Of a DNA stretch of 14,298 nucleotides, positions 7,152 through 14,298 are shown piece by piece. This DNA is from Candidatus Jordarchaeales archaeon (GTDB lineage: Archaea > Asgardarchaeota > Jordiarchaeia > Jordiarchaeales > Freyrarchaeaceae), in the NCBI GenBank assembly GCA_038858525.1, contig JAWCFL010000044.1, positions 1 to 14,298 of the forward strand, read 5' to 3'. The position numbers were made by a program, and so were the translations under genes. The notes below the pieces were generated by a model. The model saw only the letters and a program-made list of their open reading frames with translations. It made no database searches and was not told where the DNA came from. The stretch's first letter is position 1; the number at the start of each line of letters is the position of its first letter.

Positions 7152-8723
7152 ATGAGGGTGCCAGCTGTCATGGTTACGCAGGACTCTGACTCGGCTTCCA
7201 CCTATGTTTCCTTCTCCGAGGAGCCTGATGAGGCCGTTTCCTTCCTAGCCCCCGTTGAAGAAGGAGGACACGGCTTCGACGAGCTCATGGTTGACTTCAA
7301 GGGAAAAATGACCCCTTGCAACCAGGTTGTCAGCATAGTAGCCCGCCTGATAGAGGCAGGGGTCATTCAGAGCTCGAAGGTGAAAGTTACACCGCGGATG
7401 CCCACTGACGACACGGTGGGATTAAGGAGGACCGCCATACTCCACTCTATAATCGAGGCGAACTACACCGCTTATCATCACCTCAACGAGAACGTCGTGG
7501 AGGAGGTCATTCACCCTGTGGGTAGCGACGTGAGAAGCTTGGTGAGAGTTGAGGCAAACTTCAACATAATAAAGAACTATGTCCTCGAAAGCTCGCTTAA
7601 ACCAGTAGAAGTGAAAGACCTGCAATTCATACCGTCACTTGACAATTTCAACTTGCTGGTTAACGCCGCAGACACCATCTCCAGCTATGTTAATGCTCGT
7701 GCTACAATGCTCCCACAAGAGAGCGAGAAGGTTAGAGTCTACTTGGCTAGAGAGAACATCTCAGCCAAGTTCGGGATGCTCCCATCAGCCCTAGCCTTAA
7801 GGCTCGCCCTGTCCAAGCTTAATGACGCCGCTAAGAGTCTCTCGGTGCCTGTCTACCCTATTTTGGAGTGTGGTCCTCTCCCGCTACGCGGGAACCTTAA
7901 TCACGAGTCCAAAGATTCCTTCCTCAGGATGTATGGCGGAGTGACGACGGTAGCGGTTCCGCCGAGCTTAATATATGACTCAGGAAAAAAGGCATCAGAC
8001 CTCGTCAAATCTCTCAAAGACGAGTTGCAGGGTAAATCACCCCCAGAGTTAAGCGGAGAGGAAGAAGCTCAAATTCGGGAACTGATAGTGTTTTTCGCAT
8101 GCGAGTACGCTCGAACAGTTTCAAAGGCAGCGGACGTGCTCATGCGACTTGCCTCACTCGTACCTGAAAGGAGAGAGGCGTCAATAAGCGAGCACCTCAA
8201 TGTAAACATCAAGGAACTGGAACCCCTAAATGTCAGAGGAATAAGCATGGAACTGGAGTCGTTCACAATACCCTCACCAGTAAAGTACACCGCCCTAATG
8301 TATAGCTTTGGCGCCCCTCCAGAGCTGGTCGGAGTTGGACGCGCTCTAAGCTTACTGGAAAAAAAGCGGAAAGGGCTCTTTGAAGGACTCTTCGACCTAT
8401 ATCCTTCCTTAGAGGATGACATATCGTCAGCTTGGAGGTACCTCTGCCTTGAAGCGGCAAGAAAGGTTTTCCCTGAGTCATTCATATCTGACCTGGCTGA
8501 GGATATAAGGCTCATAAAGGAATTTCTCTCCCCTAAAGAGAACTACTCAGCTCCCCACAGAGCCTTGTCCATGATGATCTCCGAGTACGCCGCCCTGAAA
8601 TCCGTGCCTGAGAAGAACTTGAGAGACATCGAGGTTAAAGAGTTCATCAGAAACGAGAAGCTAGAAGACTCTGTCAAACAATTAATCCTACAAGCTGGCA
8701 GAATCAGGGGAGCCCTAGGATGA
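7152..8723 (+). CDS. Archaeal-type phosphoenolpyruvate carboxylase (PpcA) homolog with degenerate catalytic motifs
   Basis: Colinear with the PpcA family as recalled: M-x-VP-x-x-M-x-TQ, DxxGK-x-TP, EVIHP, RVYLAR, YPIL, PLRGNL, YSFGAPPELVG and terminal RGALG. ATG at 7152 is preferred by homology; TTG at 7140 is the alternative. Confidence 0.8.
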   Translation: MRVPAVMVTQDSDSASTYVSFSEEPDEAVSFLAPVEEGGHGFDELMVDFKGKMTPCNQVVSIVARLIEAGVIQSSKVKVTPRMPTDDTVGLRRTAILHSIIEANYTAYHHLNENVVEEVIHPVGSDVRSLVRVEANFNIIKNYVLESSLKPVEVKDLQFIPSLDNFNLLVNAADTISSYVNARATMLPQESEKVRVYLARENISAKFGMLPSALALRLALSKLNDAAKSLSVPVYPILECGPLPLRGNLNHESKDSFLRMYGGVTTVAVPPSLIYDSGKKASDLVKSLKDELQGKSPPELSGEEEAQIRELIVFFACEYARTVSKAADVLMRLASLVPERREASISEHLNVNIKELEPLNVRGISMELESFTIPSPVKYTALMYSFGAPPELVGVGRALSLLEKKRKGLFEGLFDLYPSLEDDISSAWRYLCLEAARKVFPESFISDLAEDIRLIKEFLSPKENYSAPHRALSMMISEYAALKSVPEKNLRDIEVKEFIRNEKLEDSVKQLILQAGRIRGALG

Positions 8724-8741
8724 CGCTTTAGGGGAAAAAGC

Positions 8742-9527
8742 ATGATAATCAAGGAAACATTAGAACTGGTTAGAGAGCGCCTCAGCGGGCTAGAAGTGAT
8801 TGTTGAAGGAGTTGCTGTCGGTCTTTTTTACGCAGGCATCGTAGTGCGTTCAAACCATGGCGTGCATGGTGGAGTAGCCTACGTTTTCAGGGCTGCTCCT
8901 TCATGTATCCCAGTTAAAAATGCTGGCAGCCTCCACGAGCTGGACCCGCTAACCCTAGCTGAACTCTCCCTCTCGCCAAATTTAGCTGAAGCAGCTGTAG
9001 GAGTTGCCGCCATCAATGCTCTATCGCAAGTCGCCATGTGCGAGGACGCGAGATACAGGCCTGTTAACGTTGACGTTACAGACATTGTCAGGAAGAATGA
9101 ACGCGTCGCCGTAATAGGATACATGGAACCCGTCATAAGGAAGCTACTGGGAAAAACGCGTGAAGTAATAGTGTCCGAAATAATCAAAGTAGACAACCCC
9201 ATTGTCCCAATACTCCCCCCAAGCGAAGCCGAGCCCCACATCGAGACGGCTAATGTGGTAATAATAACCGGAAGCACCCTTGTCAACAAAACAATAGACG
9301 AGATACTAAGCACGAAACTTAGGGCAAGGGAGGTAGCCGTAGCCGGGCCGACAGCAAGCATACTCCCGGACATCCTGTTTGATCACGGCGTAACATCCGT
9401 TATGGGCATAGAAATAACAGACCCAAGCAAAATGCTGCGCGTGATAACTCAAGGAGGCGGAACACAGCAACTACTATCAACATGCGCCCGAAAAAAAGCA
9501 TACTTTAAACCAAAACTCATCGAATAA
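8742..9527 (+). CDS. DUF364 / Rossmann-like putative heavy-metal chelation family protein
   Basis: Motifs VGLFYAG, AAVGVAAINAL, VAVIGYM, IITGSTLVNKT and GPTAS match the DUF364 pattern. Confidence 0.8.
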   Translation: MIIKETLELVRERLSGLEVIVEGVAVGLFYAGIVVRSNHGVHGGVAYVFRAAPSCIPVKNAGSLHELDPLTLAELSLSPNLAEAAVGVAAINALSQVAMCEDARYRPVNVDVTDIVRKNERVAVIGYMEPVIRKLLGKTREVIVSEIIKVDNPIVPILPPSEAEPHIETANVVIITGSTLVNKTIDEILSTKLRAREVAVAGPTASILPDILFDHGVTSVMGIEITDPSKMLRVITQGGGTQQLLSTCARKKAYFKPKLIE

Positions 9528-9575
9528 CCGAGAAAAGACGTGGAAAAGAAATTCACTATGACTCCCCCCCAAATT

Positions 9576-9791
9576 TTAACTGTCTCTAATCTCAAGTAGT
9601 GCTACGTGATTTTTCCCCTCTACGAGCTTAAGTAATCTCCCACTTTCCAACTTTACCACTACGTCGCCTTCACCTGAAAACTCGCGTAGCCTCATAAGAA
9701 CATGCAGAAGAACAACGTTTGCTGTCTCATCCTTCGAGGAAGCCACAATGTCACCTGAATCCTTTTCTACTAACAAAACCAACCCTACCAC
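9576..9791 (-). CDS. Small hypothetical protein with a possible roadblock/longin-like beta-beta-alpha-beta-beta-beta pattern
   Basis: 71-aa ORF with a protein-like hydrophobic pattern, convergent on DUF364, with T-rich sequence downstream on the minus strand. The RBS is weak. Confidence 0.6.
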   Translation of the reverse strand: MVGLVLLVEKDSGDIVASSKDETANVVLLHVLMRLREFSGEGDVVVKLESGRLLKLVEGKNHVALLEIRDS

Positions 9792-10060
9792 CCAAGAATT
9801 TCTCTACTTCAGCCAAAATAAAAAGTAAATGGTGAATGCAAGCACCTCGGCCATCGCCATCATGGAACCGGATATCAGCATATTCAGACATGCGACGGTG
9901 CGTCCTTCAAAACCCGGAAAATTAACTGAAACAAGCACTAACCTACCAGGTAACAGTGTGCAACAATTCTAAGTTATTCAAAGTTCTCTCTTTCTGGAGA
10001 AAGGTTAAGGCAAAGCTTAAGGTTTTCGTCTCCCTAATTTTCTTTTTATTGGGTGAGCAC

Positions 10061-10852
10061 ATGAGGCTAAGGAATAAGGTAGCACTGGTTGTTGGTGCTG
10101 GTTCCAGCGGTCCTGGCATAGGCAACGGACGCGCTATTTCGGTTCTCTTTGCACAGGAAGGAGCCAAGGTTATGTGCGCTGACATAAATCTCCTCTCAGC
10201 GGAGGAAACCGTTAGGATGATACGTGAGAAGGGTGGAGAAGCCATCGCGGTTCAGGGTGACGCTACGAAGAGCGAGGACGCTAAACGCATGGTTAACGCT
10301 ACGCTCGAAAGTTTCGGGAGACTAAACATACTTGTTAACGTCGTCGGTATAGCGAGCGGCTTAGGCGTCCTCGAGACAAGCGAGGAGGAGTGGGACAGAG
10401 TCATCACCACAAACCTGAAAAGCGTATTTCTCATGTCGAAGCACGCTGTGCCAGCCATGATCGAGGCGGGTGGCGGCGTCATAATAAACATCTCGTCCGC
10501 AGCGGCCTTCGTGGCGCATCCGTGCTTAAGTTATGGCACAACAAAAGCCGCAATAGTAAACATGACGAGATGCATGGCTATCGACCTGGCGAAGTACAAC
10601 ATAAGAGTCAACTGCATAGCGCCCGGCTTCCTAGACACCCCAATGGTTGCCCCAATAATGACCGACTCTAGACGCGAGTTCCTGAAGCAAGTAATCCCTC
10701 TGGGAAAAATAGGAACTGCCTGGGACACAGCCTACGCGGCCCTATACTTTGCTTCTGACGAGGCATCATACGTGACGGGCGAAACTCTAATTGTAGATGG
10801 AGGACTACTGGCAGCCGGCGGAAGACGCAGAAGCGAAGAAAAACTGGTCTAA
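10061..10852 (+). CDS. SDR family NAD(P)-dependent oxidoreductase
   Basis: GAGSSGPGIG glycine loop, NLKS, catalytic YGTTK, IRVNCIAPG and VDGG. The true start is ATG 10061 with GGTGA RBS at 10052-10056; the ORF-track extension to 9956 is probably non-coding. Confidence 0.93.
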   Translation: MRLRNKVALVVGAGSSGPGIGNGRAISVLFAQEGAKVMCADINLLSAEETVRMIREKGGEAIAVQGDATKSEDAKRMVNATLESFGRLNILVNVVGIASGLGVLETSEEEWDRVITTNLKSVFLMSKHAVPAMIEAGGGVIINISSAAAFVAHPCLSYGTTKAAIVNMTRCMAIDLAKYNIRVNCIAPGFLDTPMVAPIMTDSRREFLKQVIPLGKIGTAWDTAYAALYFASDEASYVTGETLIVDGGLLAAGGRRRSEEKLV

Positions 10853-10869
10853 GATTGGGAGGAAGAAAG

Positions 10870-11184
10870 ATGCGCTCAGGAGATGAAGCGCTAAAGGCAT
10901 TCCAGAAGTTCTCCGAAGATTTCCCTGAAGACTTCCAGAAATTCACCACCTTTGCATCAAAGCCATACATGTTCTTTGACCCAAAAACTAGAGAATTAAT
11001 CATAACGACAATCTTAGCCGCAAAGGGATATGAAAGCGAGTTCAAATTCCATCTCAACGAATTAATGAGAAACGGTTTCACAACGGAAGAACTAAAAAAC
11101 CTTCTACTTTTACTCCTCATATACCTTGGAGCACCAAAGTTCCTACAAGTATTCAGATGGTGCAAAGAAGAAGGAAAACTCTGA
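10870..11184 (+). CDS. Carboxymuconolactone decarboxylase / AhpD-like family protein
   Basis: DPKTRELI...HLNELMRNGFTTEEL...YLGAP pattern with no CxxC. ATG at 10870 is preferred. Confidence 0.75.
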   Translation: MRSGDEALKAFQKFSEDFPEDFQKFTTFASKPYMFFDPKTRELIITTILAAKGYESEFKFHLNELMRNGFTTEELKNLLLLLLIYLGAPKFLQVFRWCKEEGKL

Positions 11185-11292
11185 AACTCTTCATCAACAC
11201 ACCTTTCCTTTTTTGATAAGTAGCCTCCATAACTTAAAACGTCAAAGCGCTTCCCACTTAGGAGATTAACCCCTGGATAGTCTCCAGTAGTT

Positions 11293-11336
11293 TCCATTTA
11301 AACGAGAAAACCGGCAGTCTCCATTTAACGAGAAAA
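11293..11336. repeat. Imperfect direct repeat TCCATTTA(A)ACGAGAAAA x2
   Basis: Copies at 11293-11310 and 11320-11336, in the convergent spacer between the CMD and ferredoxin genes. Confidence 0.7.
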
Positions 11337-11382
11337 AAGAAAAATTGTTGGGAAATAATGTAAATGGTACCTCATATGTGAT

Positions 11383-11595
11383 TTAACAGGAACTGTGTTC
11401 TATTGCTCCCTCAGGGCATGCTTCAACACAGCTGCAGCACTCTACGCAATCTTCGACCCTAACGGCAAACGATTTTCCTTCTTTCAGTTCGAAGACCTCC
11501 GAGGGGCATGCATCGACACATGCGCCGTCTCCGTTGCACTTGTCATGATTTATTTTGATCACTATGTCGCCGGACTTAAACACTTTGACGCCCAT
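11383..11595 (-). CDS. Dicluster ferredoxin, 70 aa, probably [3Fe-4S]/[4Fe-4S]
   Basis: CNGDGACVDACP and CVECCSCVEACP. GAGGTGA RBS upstream of ATG 11595; the ORF-track start at 11667 looks too long. Confidence 0.92.
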   Translation of the reverse strand: MGVKVFKSGDIVIKINHDKCNGDGACVDACPSEVFELKEGKSFAVRVEDCVECCSCVEACPEGAIEHSSC

Positions 11596-11640
11596 CACGG
11601 TCACCTCTTGAGGAAAGAAGTTTGAAAGAACTTTTCTCGT

Positions 11641-11654
11641 AGTTAATATTAACT
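11641..11654. promoter_or_regulatory. Perfect 14-bp palindrome AGTTAATATTAACT overlapping the predicted ferredoxin TATA box
   Basis: Read directly from the sequence. On the minus strand it reads GAAAAG-TTAATATT (BRE-TATA), about 50 nt upstream of the ferredoxin ATG. Confidence 0.55.
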
Positions 11655-11738
11655 TTTCCATGAACAAAGTTAAGTCGCAAGCTTCAGGAAAAATGGTTAA
11701 AATCCTTTTGCCTCACCATTACCATCGGTGAGTAAATA

Positions 11739-12554
11739 ATGAAGCTAGAAGATCTGAAGCTTGACTTTAGCCTTGTTAAGGAACGCATTGAGTCCTTTGT
11801 AAAGAACGTGATAGATAGTGCTGGGGCCGACGGCGCCGTTATGGGGCTGAGCGGAGGAGTGGACTCATCCACCGTTGCTTTTCTCCTTGCTCAAGCCATT
11901 GGACCAGAAAGAGTTCTCGCTTTAATGTTGCCGTCTTCAACCACCCCGAGCCAAGACACTGAAGATGCTTTCGCTGTGGCTAGACTGCTGGGGATTGAAG
12001 TTGAGGTTGTCAACATTCAACCTGTTGAGGACGCCTTCGCTAAAGTTTGCCCACGCTACGACCCTAGAAACCTGTTGGCTTCAGGCAACCTCAAACCACG
12101 CCTGAGAATGGCATTCCTCTACTATTACGCCAACCTTTTGAACAGGCTTGTCGTTGGTACAGGGAACAAGAGCGAGATCATGGTGGGCTACTTCACGAAA
12201 TACGGGGACAGCGGAGTCGACATGCTTCCCATAGGAGACCTTTACAAGACACAGGTGAGGTGGCTCGCCAAGGAGCTGGGCGTCCCGGAAAGAATAATAT
12301 GGAAGCCTCCGACAGCAGGGCTGTGGCCCGGGCAGACGGACGAGGAAGAGATGGGAGTCAAGTATGAAACTCTCGACTTAATTCTCTACGGACTTATCGA
12401 GCTGGGCTACACGCAGGAGAAGGTTTCAGAGGAGACTGGCATACCTATAGAAACTGTAAAAAAAGTAGCTGCGATGGTTGCTAGGAGCGAGCATAAAAGG
12501 AGCCCCATACCAACACCCTCCCTTCAATCACTGCGCAAACCCATAAGCAATTAA
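11739..12554 (+). CDS. nadE: NH3-dependent NAD+ synthetase
   Basis: Motifs GLSGGVDS, GNLKPRLRM, GTGNKSE, GYFTKYGD, PIGDLYKTQV and PTAGLWPGQTDE. No glutaminase domain. GGTGAG RBS. Confidence 0.96.
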   Translation: MKLEDLKLDFSLVKERIESFVKNVIDSAGADGAVMGLSGGVDSSTVAFLLAQAIGPERVLALMLPSSTTPSQDTEDAFAVARLLGIEVEVVNIQPVEDAFAKVCPRYDPRNLLASGNLKPRLRMAFLYYYANLLNRLVVGTGNKSEIMVGYFTKYGDSGVDMLPIGDLYKTQVRWLAKELGVPERIIWKPPTAGLWPGQTDEEEMGVKYETLDLILYGLIELGYTQEKVSEETGIPIETVKKVAAMVARSEHKRSPIPTPSLQSLRKPISN

Positions 12555-12675
12555 TCTTTCTCCATTTTTCTCAACCAACGTCTTCAAGCACCTCTTCTTC
12601 CGGTAAAACCCATAAATGTAACTTGTGCTGGCTCCGTTATGGAGCCCTTTTAATGTGCATTACCTTTTTAGTTTT

Positions 12676-13410
12676 TTAAGAATACCACCTGCCTCCGTTG
12701 ACGTCAATTGTTATTCCTGTCACGTGATCGTTTTCTAAGAGAAATATGACTGCGCTCGCGACCTCGTCCGGCCGCGCTATCCTTCCTAGCGGGACCATCG
12801 TCGCCAGTTTTTCCTTTAATTCATCCGGTATCAGTTTCGTGTCCACTGGCCCCGGAGCCACTGCGTTAACTGTTATGCCGTAGCGTGCAAGCTCAGAGGC
12901 AAGGCTCATCGTTAACCCTATGACGCCCGCCTTCGACGCCGCGTAGTGGACTCCAACCGTCCCACCATTTCTACCCGCTATCGACGAAATATTGACGATC
13001 TTCCCGCTCCTTCTCTCTATCATGTGTTTTGCTACTGCTTTGCAGCAGTTGAAGACCCCCTTCAGGTTAACTTCGATCGTTCTGTCCCAATCCTCCTCAG
13101 TCACTTCTAGTATCGATGGCTTGACGGTAAGTATGCCCGCGCAGTTGACGAGCACATCTATTCCTCCCATCTCCCGTATGACTGATTCAACCATCCCCTC
13201 AACTTCTCTCATCCTTGAAACGTCAGCCTTCACAGCCATTCCTCTGCGCCCAAGCCTCTCCACCTCCTCAACAACTTTTAATGCCTCGTCACGCCTGCCA
13301 AAGTAGTTAACCGCCACGTTGCACCCCCTAGCTGCTAGGCTGACACAGACGCTTCTTCCTATACCGCCGCTCCCACCCGTTACAAGCGCCACTTTCCCCT
13401 CAAAGTTCAA
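12676..13410 (-). CDS. FabG-like SDR (3-oxoacyl reductase family)
   Basis: Motifs TGGSGGIG, NCAG, VNLKG, SS, YAASKAG, VNAVAPG and DVNGG. TTG at 13410 is preceded by GGAGGTGA at 13422..13415. Confidence 0.9.
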   Translation of the reverse strand: MNFEGKVALVTGGSGGIGRSVCVSLAARGCNVAVNYFGRRDEALKVVEEVERLGRRGMAVKADVSRMREVEGMVESVIREMGGIDVLVNCAGILTVKPSILEVTEEDWDRTIEVNLKGVFNCCKAVAKHMIERRSGKIVNISSIAGRNGGTVGVHYAASKAGVIGLTMSLASELARYGITVNAVAPGPVDTKLIPDELKEKLATMVPLGRIARPDEVASAVIFLLENDHVTGITIDVNGGRWYS

Positions 13411-13454
13411 CCTGTCACCTCCCTTCAACACTAACTTTCATGAAGAATTAGGAG

Positions 13455-13468
13455 GAAACTTTTAATTT
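13455..13468 (+). promoter_or_regulatory. BRE-TATA promoter candidate for GH57 within the divergent SDR/GH57 spacer
   Basis: GAAACTTTTAATTT about 45-55 nt upstream of ATG 13510. Confidence 0.45.
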
Positions 13469-13509
13469 TATTAATCTCTCCTAGAGCGTGGAATTGGGAG
13501 GCAAGATTG

Positions 13510-14298
13510 ATGTTCGTATGCTTCCTGTGGCACGTCCATCAGCCTCCCGGCGATAAACGCCACCTCGTGGAGGCCGCGTCTAAGTCATACCAGCCCCTCC
13601 TAAGGTTCTACTTGGAGTCAGGTTTAGATACGAGCTTCAACATTACAGGCGTAACCGTTGACCAAGCCGTGAAGCTCTCCTTGGACTTCGTTCCACTCCT
13701 ACGTGACGGCGTTTCAAGCGGCATCATAGACCTAACCGCCTCAGGATTCTACCACCTCATACTTCCTCTAACGCCTACATGGGAAGTTGAGGAAGACATA
13801 AAGCTCGTCCTCAAGGTTTTCAGGGAGACTCTGAGTTACTCGCCCGAGGGCTTCTTTCCTCCTGAACTGGCTTGGAGCCCCTTCCTTGCAGACATACTTA
13901 GAAGACTGGGCTTCAAGTGGGTGGTGGTCAGCGACAAGGTCTTCAGAATGGCTGACCCCAGGTGCCCCGAAGAAGAGATCTTCTTCCCCTACTGGCTTGA
14001 AGGAGTAAGAGGAAAGCACATTGTAGGCGTCCTTCAACACTACGAGCTAAGCCAAATGCTGTGGGAAATATACGCGGGTAAAAAGACCATTGAGGATTTC
14101 GTCTCCGTTCTTGAGCAGTACTCGCTCATGGAGGAGCGTCTCGGAGAACGCTACCATCCCTATGCAGCCACGAAGCCTCTCCTCGTCGTTTCAACTGACG
14201 CCGAACTTTTAGGGCTCAAGTGGAAGAGGGGGCTTGAAGCACTAAGCCGCATATACGAACTTGCAGAGGACATTTCAGGCCTGAAGCTCTGCAGCGTG
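13510..14298 (+). CDS. Glycoside hydrolase family 57 protein, N-terminal 263 aa; continues beyond the right edge of the window
   Basis: Not in the ORF track; translated by hand with no stop: MFVCFLWHVHQPP...GFYHLILPL...GFFPPELAWS...VSTDAELLG. It shows the HxHQP motif, the nucleophile Glu in PPE and the acid/base Asp in TDAE. GGGAGG RBS at 13496-13501. Confidence 0.88.
   Translation, partial: MFVCFLWHVHQPPGDKRHLVEAASKSYQPLLRFYLESGLDTSFNITGVTVDQAVKLSLDFVPLLRDGVSSGIIDLTASGFYHLILPLTPTWEVEEDIKLVLKVFRETLSYSPEGFFPPELAWSPFLADILRRLGFKWVVVSDKVFRMADPRCPEEEIFFPYWLEGVRGKHIVGVLQHYELSQMLWEIYAGKKTIEDFVSVLEQYSLMEERLGERYHPYAATKPLLVVSTDAELLGLKWKRGLEALSRIYELAEDISGLKLCSV

Noticed and set aside
9956-10060. N-terminal 35-aa extension of the SDR
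   Set aside because: It covers promoter-like AT-rich sequence. A clear GGTGA RBS precedes ATG 10061, where family homology begins.
11279-11340. Possible CRISPR remnant
   Set aside because: There are only two short imperfect copies with a 9-nt gap, no spacer-length separation and no cas genes.
1-14298. Additional BHB introns, tRNA/rRNA genes or mobile elements
   Set aside because: Other recognisable genes have continuous frames with intact motif spacing. No cloverleaf, rRNA, transposase, integrase or terminal inverted repeats were seen by eye. In-frame (3n) introns cannot be excluded without a computational scan.

Overview
Archaeal genomic window, roughly 50% GC by eye, with GGAGG/GGTGA ribosome-binding sites, BRE-TATA promoters and T-tract terminators. 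A TACK or Asgard-like lineage is a tentative guess. It holds mostly metabolic genes: partial lysA, an ADP-forming acyl-CoA synthetase alpha subunit, a helical hypothetical protein plus MEMO1, a minus-strand TPR/Zn-ribbon-NUDIX-mobA-hypD operon, a degenerate archaeal PEP carboxylase homolog, DUF364, two SDRs, a CMD/AhpD-like protein, a ferredoxin, nadE and a partial GH57. The standout is hypD. Its reading frame is broken inside the essential CGTHE motif by a 16-nt insert (4886..4901, minus strand) that folds into a canonical bulge-helix-bulge (BHB) motif. Cutting at the standard tRNA-splicing-endonuclease positions restores the motif and a full-length 362-aa HypD. This is a candidate mRNA micro-intron in a protein-coding gene other than cbf5. 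A second notable item is an intact PpcA homolog that has lost most of its catalytic motifs.
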